This document shows positions 9,018 to 17,801 of a DNA stretch of 64,000 nt, piece by piece. The notes below the pieces were generated by a model. It was not told where the DNA came from, made no database searches, and worked only from the letters and a program-made list of their open reading frames with translations. The translations under genes and the position numbers were made by a program. The DNA is taken from NCBI GenBank assembly GCA_015233335.1, contig JADFXX010000004.1, forward strand, positions 15,237 to 79,236, given 5' to 3'. The stretch comes from Candidatus Omnitrophota bacterium (lineage in GTDB: Bacteria; Omnitrophota; Gorgyraeia; Zapsychrales; Fredricksoniimonadaceae). The number at the start of each line of letters is the position of its first letter. The stretch's first letter is position 1.

Positions 9018-10520
9018 TTAGTTTTTCTCCACTTCTATCCGAGGAAACAGCGGAGGGTGAGCCTTTAAAGGAGTGCCCGGTTTTAATTCTCCCCATACAG
9101 GCTTGGTTTGCCCTGCCCCCAAAATATCAAGAACAGCCGCCGTCTTCTGGGGCATAACAGGTGCCAGCATGATCGTGGCGATACGTAAGCCTTCGGCCGC
9201 AGCATATAATACGCGATTAGCCCCCGACATGTCTGTCTTGGCTAATTTCCAAGGGGCTTGAGCCTCCATGTATTTATTAAGCAGGCGCACATAGTCGAGC
9301 GCTGCACTCACAGCTTCCTGCACTTTGTATTGATTGACCAACTCTGCAATTGTGCCCGGCAAAGCACTGCCATGCGCTTTTATGTCTTCTTCGGCCGCGG
9401 TGAGAACACCGGGTTGAGGTATTTGCCCACCGTGATTCTTTTGGATCAAGCCGCTCACACGATTAAGCAGATTGCCAAAATCGTTAGCCAGATCGCTATT
9501 GAAGCATTTGATAAATGAGTCTGGCGTAAAATTGGCGTCCAATCCTAACACCATCTCGCGCATCAAATAAAAACGAACAGCATCCACCCCGTAAGTCTCG
9601 ATCAAATCCAGGGGGTTGACTACATTTCCCAATGACTTGCTCATCTTGGTGGAGCCAATCAGCCACCAGCCGTGGGCAAAAATGGTTTTGGGCAAATCTA
9701 CTCCCAAAGAAAAAAGCATGGTGGTCCAGTAAATGCAATGGGTCGTTAAAATGTCCTTCCCGATCAAATGCACATCTGCCGGCCACCATTTCCTAAACTT
9801 TTCATCGTCGCTGCCATAACCGGGGGCCGAAATATAATTGACCAGCGCATCGAACCACACATAGGTCACATAATCACTGTCAAAAGGAATTTCGATCCCC
9901 CAGTCCATGCGCGATTTTGGGCGGGAAATACACAAGTCCCCCAAGGGCTGACGGAGAAAGCCTAGCATTTCATTTTTGCGGTGCTCGGGCCGGATAAAAT
10001 CCGGATTTGACTGGATATGATCGATGAGCCTCTGCTGGTATTTGCCCATTCTAAAGAAATAGTTCTTTTCCTTGAGCCTTTTGACATCACGAAACTGACC
10101 CGAAGCATACTCATCCTCGGATATAAATCGCTCCTCGGCCACTGAATACCAGCCTTCGTATTCATCCGTATAAATATCCCCATTGTCGTGGACCTTTTGT
10201 AACACTAACTGGACAATTTTCTTATGGCGCTCTTGGGTGGTGCGGATAAAATCGTCAAACCGGATATCGAGCGTTTTCCAAAGGTTCAGAAATCTTGGGG
10301 CCAAATCATCGCAGTGAGCCTGAGGCAAAAGCCCCCGTTTTTGGGCTGCTTGCATGACTTTTTGACCGTGTTCATCCAAACCCGTCAAAAAAAAGACTTC
10401 CTCTCCGTTGCTGCGGTGATACCGGCTTAAAACATCAGCCAATATGGTGGTATACGCATGCCCAATATGCGGGGCGTCATTGACATAATATATTGGAGTA
10501 GTAACAAAAAATTTATTCAT
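9018..10520 (-). CDS. metG: Methionine--tRNA ligase
   Basis: 500 aa. Class I signatures PHIGHAYTT and KMSKSLGN. Confidence 0.95.
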   Translation of the reverse strand: MNKFFVTTPIYYVNDAPHIGHAYTTILADVLSRYHRSNGEEVFFLTGLDEHGQKVMQAAQKRGLLPQAHCDDLAPRFLNLWKTLDIRFDDFIRTTQERHKKIVQLVLQKVHDNGDIYTDEYEGWYSVAEERFISEDEYASGQFRDVKRLKEKNYFFRMGKYQQRLIDHIQSNPDFIRPEHRKNEMLGFLRQPLGDLCISRPKSRMDWGIEIPFDSDYVTYVWFDALVNYISAPGYGSDDEKFRKWWPADVHLIGKDILTTHCIYWTTMLFSLGVDLPKTIFAHGWWLIGSTKMSKSLGNVVNPLDLIETYGVDAVRFYLMREMVLGLDANFTPDSFIKCFNSDLANDFGNLLNRVSGLIQKNHGGQIPQPGVLTAAEEDIKAHGSALPGTIAELVNQYKVQEAVSAALDYVRLLNKYMEAQAPWKLAKTDMSGANRVLYAAAEGLRIATIMLAPVMPQKTAAVLDILGAGQTKPVWGELKPGTPLKAHPPLFPRIEVEKN

Positions 10521-10664
10521 AGACCACTCAATATCCCCTTGCTATAAATCGATTTATGATAGAGGTGTCCCCATCTCATACGGGGGACGATTCTACTAGT
10601 AAGGGGGACACTTCTGCCAAAACCTATTGCAATCATTAGATTTACCTAGAAACGGTCTAGTACT
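10521..10664 (-). promoter_or_regulatory. Structured metG 5' leader / ricT 3' region with mutually exclusive hairpins
   Basis: On the minus-strand RNA, GGGGACAC (10572-10565) can pair with either GUCCCC (10588-10583) or GUGUCCCC (10611-10604). There is also a 14-nt perfect palindrome ataaatcgatttat (10545-10558). Confidence 0.3.
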
Positions 10665-11462
10665 TTAAACACTGCTAATCGGATAGGCGACCTTGGTCAT
10701 TTTTCCTTCACCTAAATCAATAGTCACATAATGCTTGAGAATATCAATAGCCACGACCCTGCCCTTTTCCCCCTGAGCAGTACTGACCTTGGCCCCCATT
10801 TTGGGCAAACTCTTGGAAAATTCACGGTAAACTTGATACTCATAAGCCATACAACACTTCACCCTTCCGCAAACTCCTGAAATTTTCTGGGGATTGAGCG
10901 GCAAACCCTGGTCTTTGGCCATTTTGATCGATAGCGGATGAAAATCTTTCATATATGACGAACAACACAAGTCCCTCCCGCAGACCCCATGACCGCCGAC
11001 CATCTTGGCCTTGTCGCGCACGCCGATCTGTTTGAGTTCAATGCGCACACGCAGCATTTTGGCCAAATCCTTGACTAAATTACGAAAATCTACCCGGCCT
11101 TCTGCCGTAAAGAATATGAGTATTTTAGTGGCATCGAAAGAGTACTCCGCCTGAACTAACTGCATATCCATTTTACTATCGATGATTTGACGCTTGCAGG
11201 CGTTGAGTGAATCGATGGATTTAATTTCGTTATTGACCACTTGACGTAAATCGCCGTCTGTCGCCAAACGTATAATTTTCCCCACCACCGCTTCAGGCTT
11301 GACGGTAATGGGTTTGCCGGGATCAGAAATCACACGCGCGAACTCTAAATTTCTTTCCACTTCCAATATCACTACATCATGACGGCGTATGGCTACGTCA
11401 TTACCATCCGTCCAAATAACAGGACGATATTCTCCCAGTTTGACCTGCACTAATTGGCCCAT
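10665..11462 (-). CDS. ricT: PSP1 domain protein (RicT/YaaT family)
   Basis: 265 aa. Cys-rich PSP1 C-terminal domain (GHGVCGRDLCCSSY...GVCGRVKCCMAYE). Lies downstream of holB as in Bacillus. Confidence 0.8.
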   Translation of the reverse strand: MGQLVQVKLGEYRPVIWTDGNDVAIRRHDVVILEVERNLEFARVISDPGKPITVKPEAVVGKIIRLATDGDLRQVVNNEIKSIDSLNACKRQIIDSKMDMQLVQAEYSFDATKILIFFTAEGRVDFRNLVKDLAKMLRVRIELKQIGVRDKAKMVGGHGVCGRDLCCSSYMKDFHPLSIKMAKDQGLPLNPQKISGVCGRVKCCMAYEYQVYREFSKSLPKMGAKVSTAQGEKGRVVAIDILKHYVTIDLGEGKMTKVAYPISSV

Positions 11463-12406
11463 AAATATTCCCTCAAAAGAAAGAACGACATTCTGGCGTT
11501 CAGATGCTCGTCCAGTAACTTTTTCGTTTGTACAATTTGCCGTATGATCAATGATAAATCAGCCATCTCCCTGAGGGCAAATGTCTTTTGCTCTTTCAAA
11601 CAGCCCTGATGAACGAGTGCGCTGGACGGCGCCCCGCTCTTTAAAAGAAGCACGTCCCTGAAAAAACTTAATAAAAGCCCCAAAACAACAGCTGCCTGCA
11701 AAGGGTCTCCGGAAAGTTCCTTAAGAAAATCGTCTTGACGGCGGTTAAAAAGCATGTCATCTAAAATCCTGTTTCTCTTTAAAATAATGTCCTGCTTAGC
11801 TAACTGACAGGCCCTCCCCAAACAGCCCTCACTATAAACGGCCAAGAAATGAGCGTCTTGTTCTGCGATCCCCCCTTCCTTCAAAAATTGGATGATACGG
11901 TTGACCGCCGAGGGAAGAAATTTGACGATATGACAACGCGATTGAATAGTGTCTAAAACAGCCTCCGGCACGCTCGTCGTTAAAATGATCAAGGTGTTGG
12001 TCGTTGGCTCCTCCAGAGTCTTTAAGAGAGTATTGGCAACCTGAGAAATCATTTGCTCAATATTACGGATGATGAAAACTTTTGTCTTGGCCTCATAGGC
12101 CCTTAACTGTGTCCGTCCTAACAAATAACGTATATTTTCGATCTTAACACTTTCCGGATCGTCGCTGTCTATCACATAAACATCCGGATGATTCCCCGAT
12201 GCTATTTTTAAACAGACCGCACATTGCCCGCAAGGTTGAGCCTTAGGGCATTCACAATTAACTAATTGAGCCAGGCTTAAAGCCGTTTGCGTTTTGCCTG
12301 AATCCCGCGGACCTACCAGCATATAGGCATGGGCCAGACGATGATTGGCCGCAAGACGACTAAAACGTTCCATAACCGTTGTGTTGATCTCTGCTGCATT
12401 CATCAT
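11450..12406 (-). CDS. holB: DNA polymerase III subunit delta prime
   Basis: 318 aa. AYMLVGPRDSGKT P-loop-like motif and a zinc module (CECPKAQPCGQCAVC). tmk-holB synteny. Confidence 0.8.
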   Translation of the reverse strand: MMNAAEINTTVMERFSRLAANHRLAHAYMLVGPRDSGKTQTALSLAQLVNCECPKAQPCGQCAVCLKIASGNHPDVYVIDSDDPESVKIENIRYLLGRTQLRAYEAKTKVFIIRNIEQMISQVANTLLKTLEEPTTNTLIILTTSVPEAVLDTIQSRCHIVKFLPSAVNRIIQFLKEGGIAEQDAHFLAVYSEGCLGRACQLAKQDIILKRNRILDDMLFNRRQDDFLKELSGDPLQAAVVLGLLLSFFRDVLLLKSGAPSSALVHQGCLKEQKTFALREMADLSLIIRQIVQTKKLLDEHLNARMSFFLLREYLWAN

Positions 12407-13020
12407 AGGCCCAGTAAAGCATCAAGATAGATTTTGACCCGTTTAAAGATTTCTTCCTTGGGGGCATCCACTGAAATGACTTTGATGCGCTGTGGATTCT
12501 TTTTGCTTAACGCTAAATACCCCGCACGCACACGCTGGTGATACTCCAGAGGCCGCGATTCAATACGATCTTTTTTAACACCGGTGCGGGAGAGCCCCTT
12601 TTGGGGATCAATATCAAATAAAATCGTCAAATCAGGGGTCCATTGCCCGGCGGCAAACTGTCCTAATCGTTCAATAATCCTGACATCGACCCCATTCCCA
12701 TATCCCTGATAGGCAATCGTTGAATCCAAAAAACGGTCACATAAAACAATTTTCCCCGATTTGAGCATCGGACCCAGGACTTCCTTGACCATTTGGGCCC
12801 GGGCCGCCATATAAAGCAGGGTTTCACATTCATCCCCCATCCCTGTATTCCCCAGATCAAGCAGAAGCTTCCGGATGGCTTCTGAAATCTTAACTCCGCC
12901 CGGTTCGCGTAAAAGCACAGCGGGCATTTTCTTTGATTCCAGATACTCTAAGATGAGGGCCGCCTGCGTACTTTTGCCTGATCCTTCCGAACCTTCAAAT
13001 GTGATAAATTTACCGTCCAT
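12403..13020 (-). CDS. tmk: dTMP (thymidylate) kinase
   Basis: 205 aa. FITFEGSEGSGKSTQ P-loop. Confidence 0.9.
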   Translation of the reverse strand: MDGKFITFEGSEGSGKSTQAALILEYLESKKMPAVLLREPGGVKISEAIRKLLLDLGNTGMGDECETLLYMAARAQMVKEVLGPMLKSGKIVLCDRFLDSTIAYQGYGNGVDVRIIERLGQFAAGQWTPDLTILFDIDPQKGLSRTGVKKDRIESRPLEYHQRVRAGYLALSKKNPQRIKVISVDAPKEEIFKRVKIYLDALLGL

Positions 13021-13023
13021 CGT

Positions 13024-14466
13024 CTAAATCCATCTCCACGTCTGACCGCCCTTGCCGTCTTCAACAGTGATGCCTTTTCCTTTTAACACATTACGCAGTT
13101 CGTCGGAACGCTTAAAATTCTTGACCTCCCGGGCCCGGGCACGCTCCTCAAGAAGGATTTTAAGTTCTGGTGTTAATTCCTTTTCTTTCTCCTGTAAAAA
13201 CAAGCCGAATATATTGCGGGCCAGGCTCTCTAAAATATCGACAGCATGATAAACAACTCCTAAATAATTGGGGTCATCGTTGTTTTGCTCTATATAAATA
13301 TTGGTGTCATTGATCAGATTGAACAAAGCCGCCAATGCGCGAGGAGTATTAAAATCGTCATCCATAGCTTCAATGAATTCATGCTTATATTTGCTGATAA
13401 AACCTGCCTGAACGGGCTCAACATTCTTGTCCTTCAGGATCCCTGCAGCCTTGTAAAAAAGCACATCAAACTTATTTAAAGCTTTGCGGGCTTCGAGGAT
13501 TTTTTCTTCGGAAAAATCAATATTACTGACGTAGTGTGAAAACAAAAAGAACATTTTAATTTCGTCGGCACGGTATTGTTTAAGCGCCTGGCCAATGGTG
13601 ACAAAATTTCCCAAAGACTTGGACATCTTTTGGCCGTTAATGGTCAACAGCCCGTGATGGATCCAATATTTTGCAAAAGGCACCTGCGTTAACGCCTCGG
13701 ATTGAGCCAGCTCATTTTCATGATGGGGGAATACCAAATCCCTTCCTCCGGCATGAATGTCAAGGGTGTGCGTATCAAGATGTTTCATGCTCATGCAGGA
13801 GCACTCAATATGCCATCCCGGACGCCCCGGCCCCCAGGGACTTTCCCAAACAGGCTCACCGGGCTTGGAAGCTTTCCATAACACAAAATCAAGAGGGTCT
13901 TTTTTCTTGGAATCCTTCTCGATACGAACGGCCTCATGCATTTTATCGATACTCTGACCTGAAAGCTTCCCGTAATCTTTGAAAGCACGCACATCAAAAT
14001 AAACATCACCGTCCGTGACCGCATAGGCATGGCCGCGGTCAATAAGCCCCTGGATGTGCCTGATCATATCCGCGATATTATCGGTGGCTTTCGGCTCCAC
14101 GTCACCGGGAGCAATCCCTAATGCTTTAAGATCTTCATAGTAGAACCGGATCTGCTCTTCGCTGACTTGATGGGCCGTACGTTTCTGCTCGATGGCCTTA
14201 TCAATGATCTTATCATCGATATCGGTGATATTGCGGACAAAAAGGACATTAAACCCGCGGAATTTAAGATAACGGCGGATGACATCAAATACATACAAAC
14301 TGCGTGCATGCCCGATATGCGAACGGTCATACACCGTGACCCCGCAAGTGTACATTTTGACATCATGACCCGATACAGGAACAAAATCTTCCTTTTGACC
14401 GGTCAAAGAATTGTAAATCCGTAAGACCCCCTGATCCTTGCTTTGCATAGATTCCTTGAGTTTCAA
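13024..14466 (-). CDS. cysS: Cysteine--tRNA ligase
   Basis: 480 aa. HIGHARS and KMSKSLGN class I motifs. Confidence 0.95.
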   Translation of the reverse strand: MKLKESMQSKDQGVLRIYNSLTGQKEDFVPVSGHDVKMYTCGVTVYDRSHIGHARSLYVFDVIRRYLKFRGFNVLFVRNITDIDDKIIDKAIEQKRTAHQVSEEQIRFYYEDLKALGIAPGDVEPKATDNIADMIRHIQGLIDRGHAYAVTDGDVYFDVRAFKDYGKLSGQSIDKMHEAVRIEKDSKKKDPLDFVLWKASKPGEPVWESPWGPGRPGWHIECSCMSMKHLDTHTLDIHAGGRDLVFPHHENELAQSEALTQVPFAKYWIHHGLLTINGQKMSKSLGNFVTIGQALKQYRADEIKMFFLFSHYVSNIDFSEEKILEARKALNKFDVLFYKAAGILKDKNVEPVQAGFISKYKHEFIEAMDDDFNTPRALAALFNLINDTNIYIEQNNDDPNYLGVVYHAVDILESLARNIFGLFLQEKEKELTPELKILLEERARAREVKNFKRSDELRNVLKGKGITVEDGKGGQTWRWI

Positions 14467-14472
14467 GTAAGA

Positions 14473-15177
14473 TTAAATGGTGTAATCGAGATCGTCTTCA
14501 TTCTTGGGAGCTGCACATCCGGTTTTATGCTCGAGGGTCTTGATACGCCGCAGCAGACTTGAGATATTCTCCATAACAGGGTCGCTGACATGCCTGTGAT
14601 CTAACTCCATATCGATCTTGCGGCCTTCCTGCTTGGTGATCCGGCCCGGAATACCGACCACTGTCGAATTCGACGGCACGTCTTTGATCACGACCGCATT
14701 GGCCCCGATATAAGAATTGTCCCCGATCATGATATTGCCTAATATTTTAGCACCAGTCCCGATGACAACATTATTGCCTACCGTCGGATGACGCTTTCCT
14801 GTTTCTTTTCCGGTGCCCCCTAAGGTGACACCCTGATATAAAAGCACATTATCGCCGATGACCGCGGTCTCACCGACAACGACACCCATGCCGTGATCAA
14901 TAAAGAAATCCTTACCGATCTCGGCACCCGGATGGATCTCAATGCCGGTCAAAAAACGCGCGCTTTGCGAAAGCCAGCGGGGGATCAAAGGAATTCTCCA
15001 TTGCCAAAGTTTGTGGCTAATGCGATAAATCATCAAAGCATGAAGCCCGGGATAAAGCAAAAACACCTCTAGGGCATTCTTTGCGGCCGGGTCACGTTCA
15101 CGTACAGCCTTGATCTCATGATAAAAAAGAACATAGATCAATATAAAAATAATAAAAACAATCATTAAAACTAACAT
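14473..15177 (-). CDS. cysE: Serine O-acetyltransferase
   Basis: 234 aa. Left-handed beta-helix hexapeptide repeats (IHPGAEIG...[19 protein letters not shown]...). Next to cysS. Confidence 0.85.
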   Translation of the reverse strand: MLVLMIVFIIFILIYVLFYHEIKAVRERDPAAKNALEVFLLYPGLHALMIYRISHKLWQWRIPLIPRWLSQSARFLTGIEIHPGAEIGKDFFIDHGMGVVVGETAVIGDNVLLYQGVTLGGTGKETGKRHPTVGNNVVIGTGAKILGNIMIGDNSYIGANAVVIKDVPSNSTVVGIPGRITKQEGRKIDMELDHRHVSDPVMENISSLLRRIKTLEHKTGCAAPKNEDDLDYTI

Positions 15178-15190
15178 ATGTTTCCCTCTA

Positions 15191-15670
15191 TTATTTTGTC
15201 TTCAAAAGCACAACGGCATACGCGGCCATACCCTCTTGGGCGCCTATAAAACCCATTCCTTCATTGGTCCCGGCTTTAATGTTGACCTGGGAGGCCTCCA
15301 GTGCCAGCATACCCGCGATATTGTCCCTCATTTTTGATTTGTACGCCTGTAATTTCGGTTCTTGGGCCAAAATCATCACGTCGATATTTTCCACAACCCG
15401 ACCTGTATCTTGCACCATTTTGTATGTCTGCTTTAAAAAAACCGAACTGGACAGCCCCTTATATTTTAGATCGGTATTAGGAAAATGTTCCCCGATATCA
15501 CCTAAACCCGCAGCCCCTAAAAGGGCATCGCAAAGGGCATGCAAGACCACGTCCGCATCCGAATGTCCGTCAAGACCATGGGTGTGCGCCACTTCGATGC
15601 CGCCTAACATCAACTTGCGGCCGAATAGAAACCGGTGCACATCATGACCAAAACCTACCCTGAAGCTCAT
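15191..15670 (-). CDS. ispF: 2-C-methyl-D-erythritol 2,4-cyclodiphosphate synthase
   Basis: The track ORF is trimmed to ATG 15670 ([14 protein letters not shown]...), the canonical IspF start. ATGA overlap with the ispD stop. Confidence 0.9.
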   Translation of the reverse strand: MSFRVGFGHDVHRFLFGRKLMLGGIEVAHTHGLDGHSDADVVLHALCDALLGAAGLGDIGEHFPNTDLKYKGLSSSVFLKQTYKMVQDTGRVVENIDVMILAQEPKLQAYKSKMRDNIAGMLALEASQVNIKAGTNEGMGFIGAQEGMAAYAVVLLKTK

Positions 15671-16362
15671 AACGACCTCAATAACAATTGCCGCGCTAAC
15701 GTAATATCTTCCGGCGTTGTGACCTTGATATTGCGATAACTGCCCATGACCATCTGAACGCACACCCCCATACGTTCGACTAGAATCGCATCATCGGTAG
15801 CTTCTTCTTTATGTTTTCGAGCATGGGCCTTAACTAAAACATCCTTATGAAACCCCTGAGGTGTCTGCGCCTCCCACAATAAATCCCTCGGAGGAGTTTC
15901 TTTAATATCTAAAGTTTGACGATCGACCTTTTTAACAGTGAACTTGACCGGCACACCCGCTATGGCCGCTTTATTTTTTTTCAATGAAAAGAGTAAACGG
16001 TTGATCATGGCACGGTCAACAAAAGGCCTTGCCGCATCATGCACCAGAACTATACCGGTATCAGACGAAATTACCTTTAAACCGCACTTAACTGAATCCG
16101 CACGCAACTTGCCGCCAGCTACGACCAGACGTACTTTTTTAAATGCACCGGCCATACGGACAAATTGTGCCAAATGTCCCGCCGGTGCGACAATCACTAT
16201 GCTATCGATCAGGGCATGTGCCTCAAAAACCTTCAAACTATACGCTAATAAAGGCTTGCCTTTGAGCAAAACCAACGCTTTAGGAACATCCGCCTTCAAA
16301 CGCCGCCCCAAACCGGCAGCTACTACAATAACTTCGGTTTTCATTTTTAAGATAGTTGCCAA
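15667..16362 (-). CDS. ispD: 2-C-methyl-D-erythritol 4-phosphate cytidylyltransferase
   Basis: 231 aa. VIVVAAGLGRRLKADVPKALV N-terminal motif. Confidence 0.9.
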   Translation of the reverse strand: MATILKMKTEVIVVAAGLGRRLKADVPKALVLLKGKPLLAYSLKVFEAHALIDSIVIVAPAGHLAQFVRMAGAFKKVRLVVAGGKLRADSVKCGLKVISSDTGIVLVHDAARPFVDRAMINRLLFSLKKNKAAIAGVPVKFTVKKVDRQTLDIKETPPRDLLWEAQTPQGFHKDVLVKAHARKHKEEATDDAILVERMGVCVQMVMGSYRNIKVTTPEDITLARQLLLRSL

Positions 16363-16390
16363 ATTATGTCGTTTGTGCGGGGCCTGTCTC

Positions 16391-16502
16391 GGAGTTGATG
16401 TTAAGGTGCTCCTGATTCACCTTCGTTTACAGAAGCCCTATAAAAAGGGTTTCCCTTATTCGCCCCAAAATCAGTCACCGTCCGCCCCTTAACATCAACT
16501 CC
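16391..16502. repeat. 112-nt element bounded by a perfect 16-bp inverted repeat (element E)
   Basis: ggagttgatgttaagg (16391-16406) is the exact reverse complement of ccttaacatcaactcc (16487-16502). Inner pairings are ctgatt/aatcag and a ccct-ataaaa-aggg hairpin. Confidence 0.6.
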
Positions 16503-16560
16503 AAGCCACCCGCTAATCGTATTACGATCTTAACTACATTTCTATAATACTCAAAGAAGG

Positions 16561-16768
16561 GATAAAGTTGTTATTTTCAACTCACTGTCATTTTTAGTTA
16601 AAAATTGACTGTTTTTTAGGGAATCCCGAACCGTAGGGTGAGGGATGGCTGAACTTGTTTGAGCCTGAAGCTTCCAGAGAAGCTGAAGGCGAGTTGTTCA
16701 GCCACCTAAAAAATAGGCAATTTTTAACGTTAAGAAAATGACCGTGAGTTGAAAATAACAACTTTATC
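16561..16768. repeat. 208-nt multi-stem palindromic element, family 1 copy 1 (element A)
   Basis: 34-position outer stem (16561-16594/16735-16768, 1 mismatch), 23-position second stem, 25-nt one-sided bulge, 9-bp stem, and an apical 12-position stem with a tandem G.A and a caga loop (16675-16678). Paralog at 26546-26774. Confidence 0.7.
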
Positions 16769-16800
16769 TCCTCTTGCACGCTATCAAAATACAAGGCAGG

Positions 16801-17784
16801 TTACTGCCTTTCCATTTTAGCGAAAATCATCCGGCCGGCCTGGGTTTGCAGAGCTGAGGTCACAAAGACCTTGACCGTCTGCCCCAGAGCCCTGCGTCCG
16901 TCGCTCACCACCACCATGGTCCCGTCTTCCAAATAACCGATGGCCTGACTGGCCTCCTTGCCTTCCTTCAAAAGCCGGATCTCTAATTCTTCACCGGTAA
17001 AAACAACAGGCTTGACCGCGTTGACCAGATCATTGACATTGAGCATTTCAACACCCTGGATCGCGGCAATGCGGCTCAAATTAAAATCTGTCGTGCAGAT
17101 ACGGGCATCCATCAGTTTGGAAAGTTTGACGAGCTTTAAGTCCACCGCTTCAGAACCGCCAAAATCATCTTCATGAATACGCACATCCGCTGAGGAGTCT
17201 TTCTGCATATTTTTTAGAATTTCCATCCCCCGACGGCCGCGCTGGCGCTTGGTCTCATCCTCGGAATCAGCCAGCCTTTGCAATTCATGCAAAACAAAAC
17301 GGGGGACCACCAATCGTCCTCCCAAAAACCCTGTCTTAAAAATATCACTCACCCGCCCATCAATAATGGCACTGGTATCCAAAAGCACGACCCCGTCTTT
17401 TAATTCCTGGCGCTTAAAGCGCACGTAAGGAATGATGAGGTTAAATTCATCCTTGCCCCGAAGCGCCATCACCGCGCCCAAATAGGAAAAAGAAAGCGTC
17501 AGAATCACCCGCAGGATGGGTTTGAGCACATCCCCCAACGGCAGGAGAAAAAGGATGTCCGCCACTAAATTGGCCATAAAAATTCCAAGCAGCAGACCAA
17601 AAACCATGCTGGAAAGTCCGCGCACAGATACCTGCTTTAAAGTCGCCTCAACGGTAATCAGCAGTAACCCGCCTAAAACTCCCATCAAAACACCTGCCAG
17701 AGGGTGCTGATCAATACTCCCTACCTGATAACCGATAATGCCGCTGAGAATAGTAAAAAAAATGCGAATAAATAATAATGTCAT
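16801..17784 (-). CDS. yacL: Membrane-anchored PIN and TRAM domain protein (YacL family)
   Basis: 327 aa. N-terminal TM helices, a PIN-like core (VLLDTSAIIDGR), and a C-terminal TRAM-like beta domain. Follows radA as in Bacillus. Confidence 0.8.
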   Translation of the reverse strand: MTLLFIRIFFTILSGIIGYQVGSIDQHPLAGVLMGVLGGLLLITVEATLKQVSVRGLSSMVFGLLLGIFMANLVADILFLLPLGDVLKPILRVILTLSFSYLGAVMALRGKDEFNLIIPYVRFKRQELKDGVVLLDTSAIIDGRVSDIFKTGFLGGRLVVPRFVLHELQRLADSEDETKRQRGRRGMEILKNMQKDSSADVRIHEDDFGGSEAVDLKLVKLSKLMDARICTTDFNLSRIAAIQGVEMLNVNDLVNAVKPVVFTGEELEIRLLKEGKEASQAIGYLEDGTMVVVSDGRRALGQTVKVFVTSALQTQAGRMIFAKMERQ

Positions 17785-17801
17785 GAGAACTCCTTATAGT
17801 G

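Noticed and set aside
10521-10664. T-box riboswitch upstream of metG
   Set aside because: The leader is only 144 nt. I find no conserved T-box sequence (AGGGUGGNACCGCG-like), no specifier-loop layout, and no terminator U-tract.
15938-16492. 184-aa plus-strand ORF, along with many other antisense track ORFs (for example 52606..53148, 60246..60899, 37529..38008)
   Set aside because: These are shadow ORFs opposite strongly supported minus-strand genes (ispD, fusA, rpoB, rpsK/rpsM). They have low-complexity or biased composition and no recognisable motifs.
16594-16794. 66-aa minus-strand ORF from the track, lying in the yacL-ispD spacer
   Set aside because: It simply runs through palindromic element A. 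The paralogous element B has no equivalent ORF, and the sequence conservation between A and B follows base pairing, not codons.
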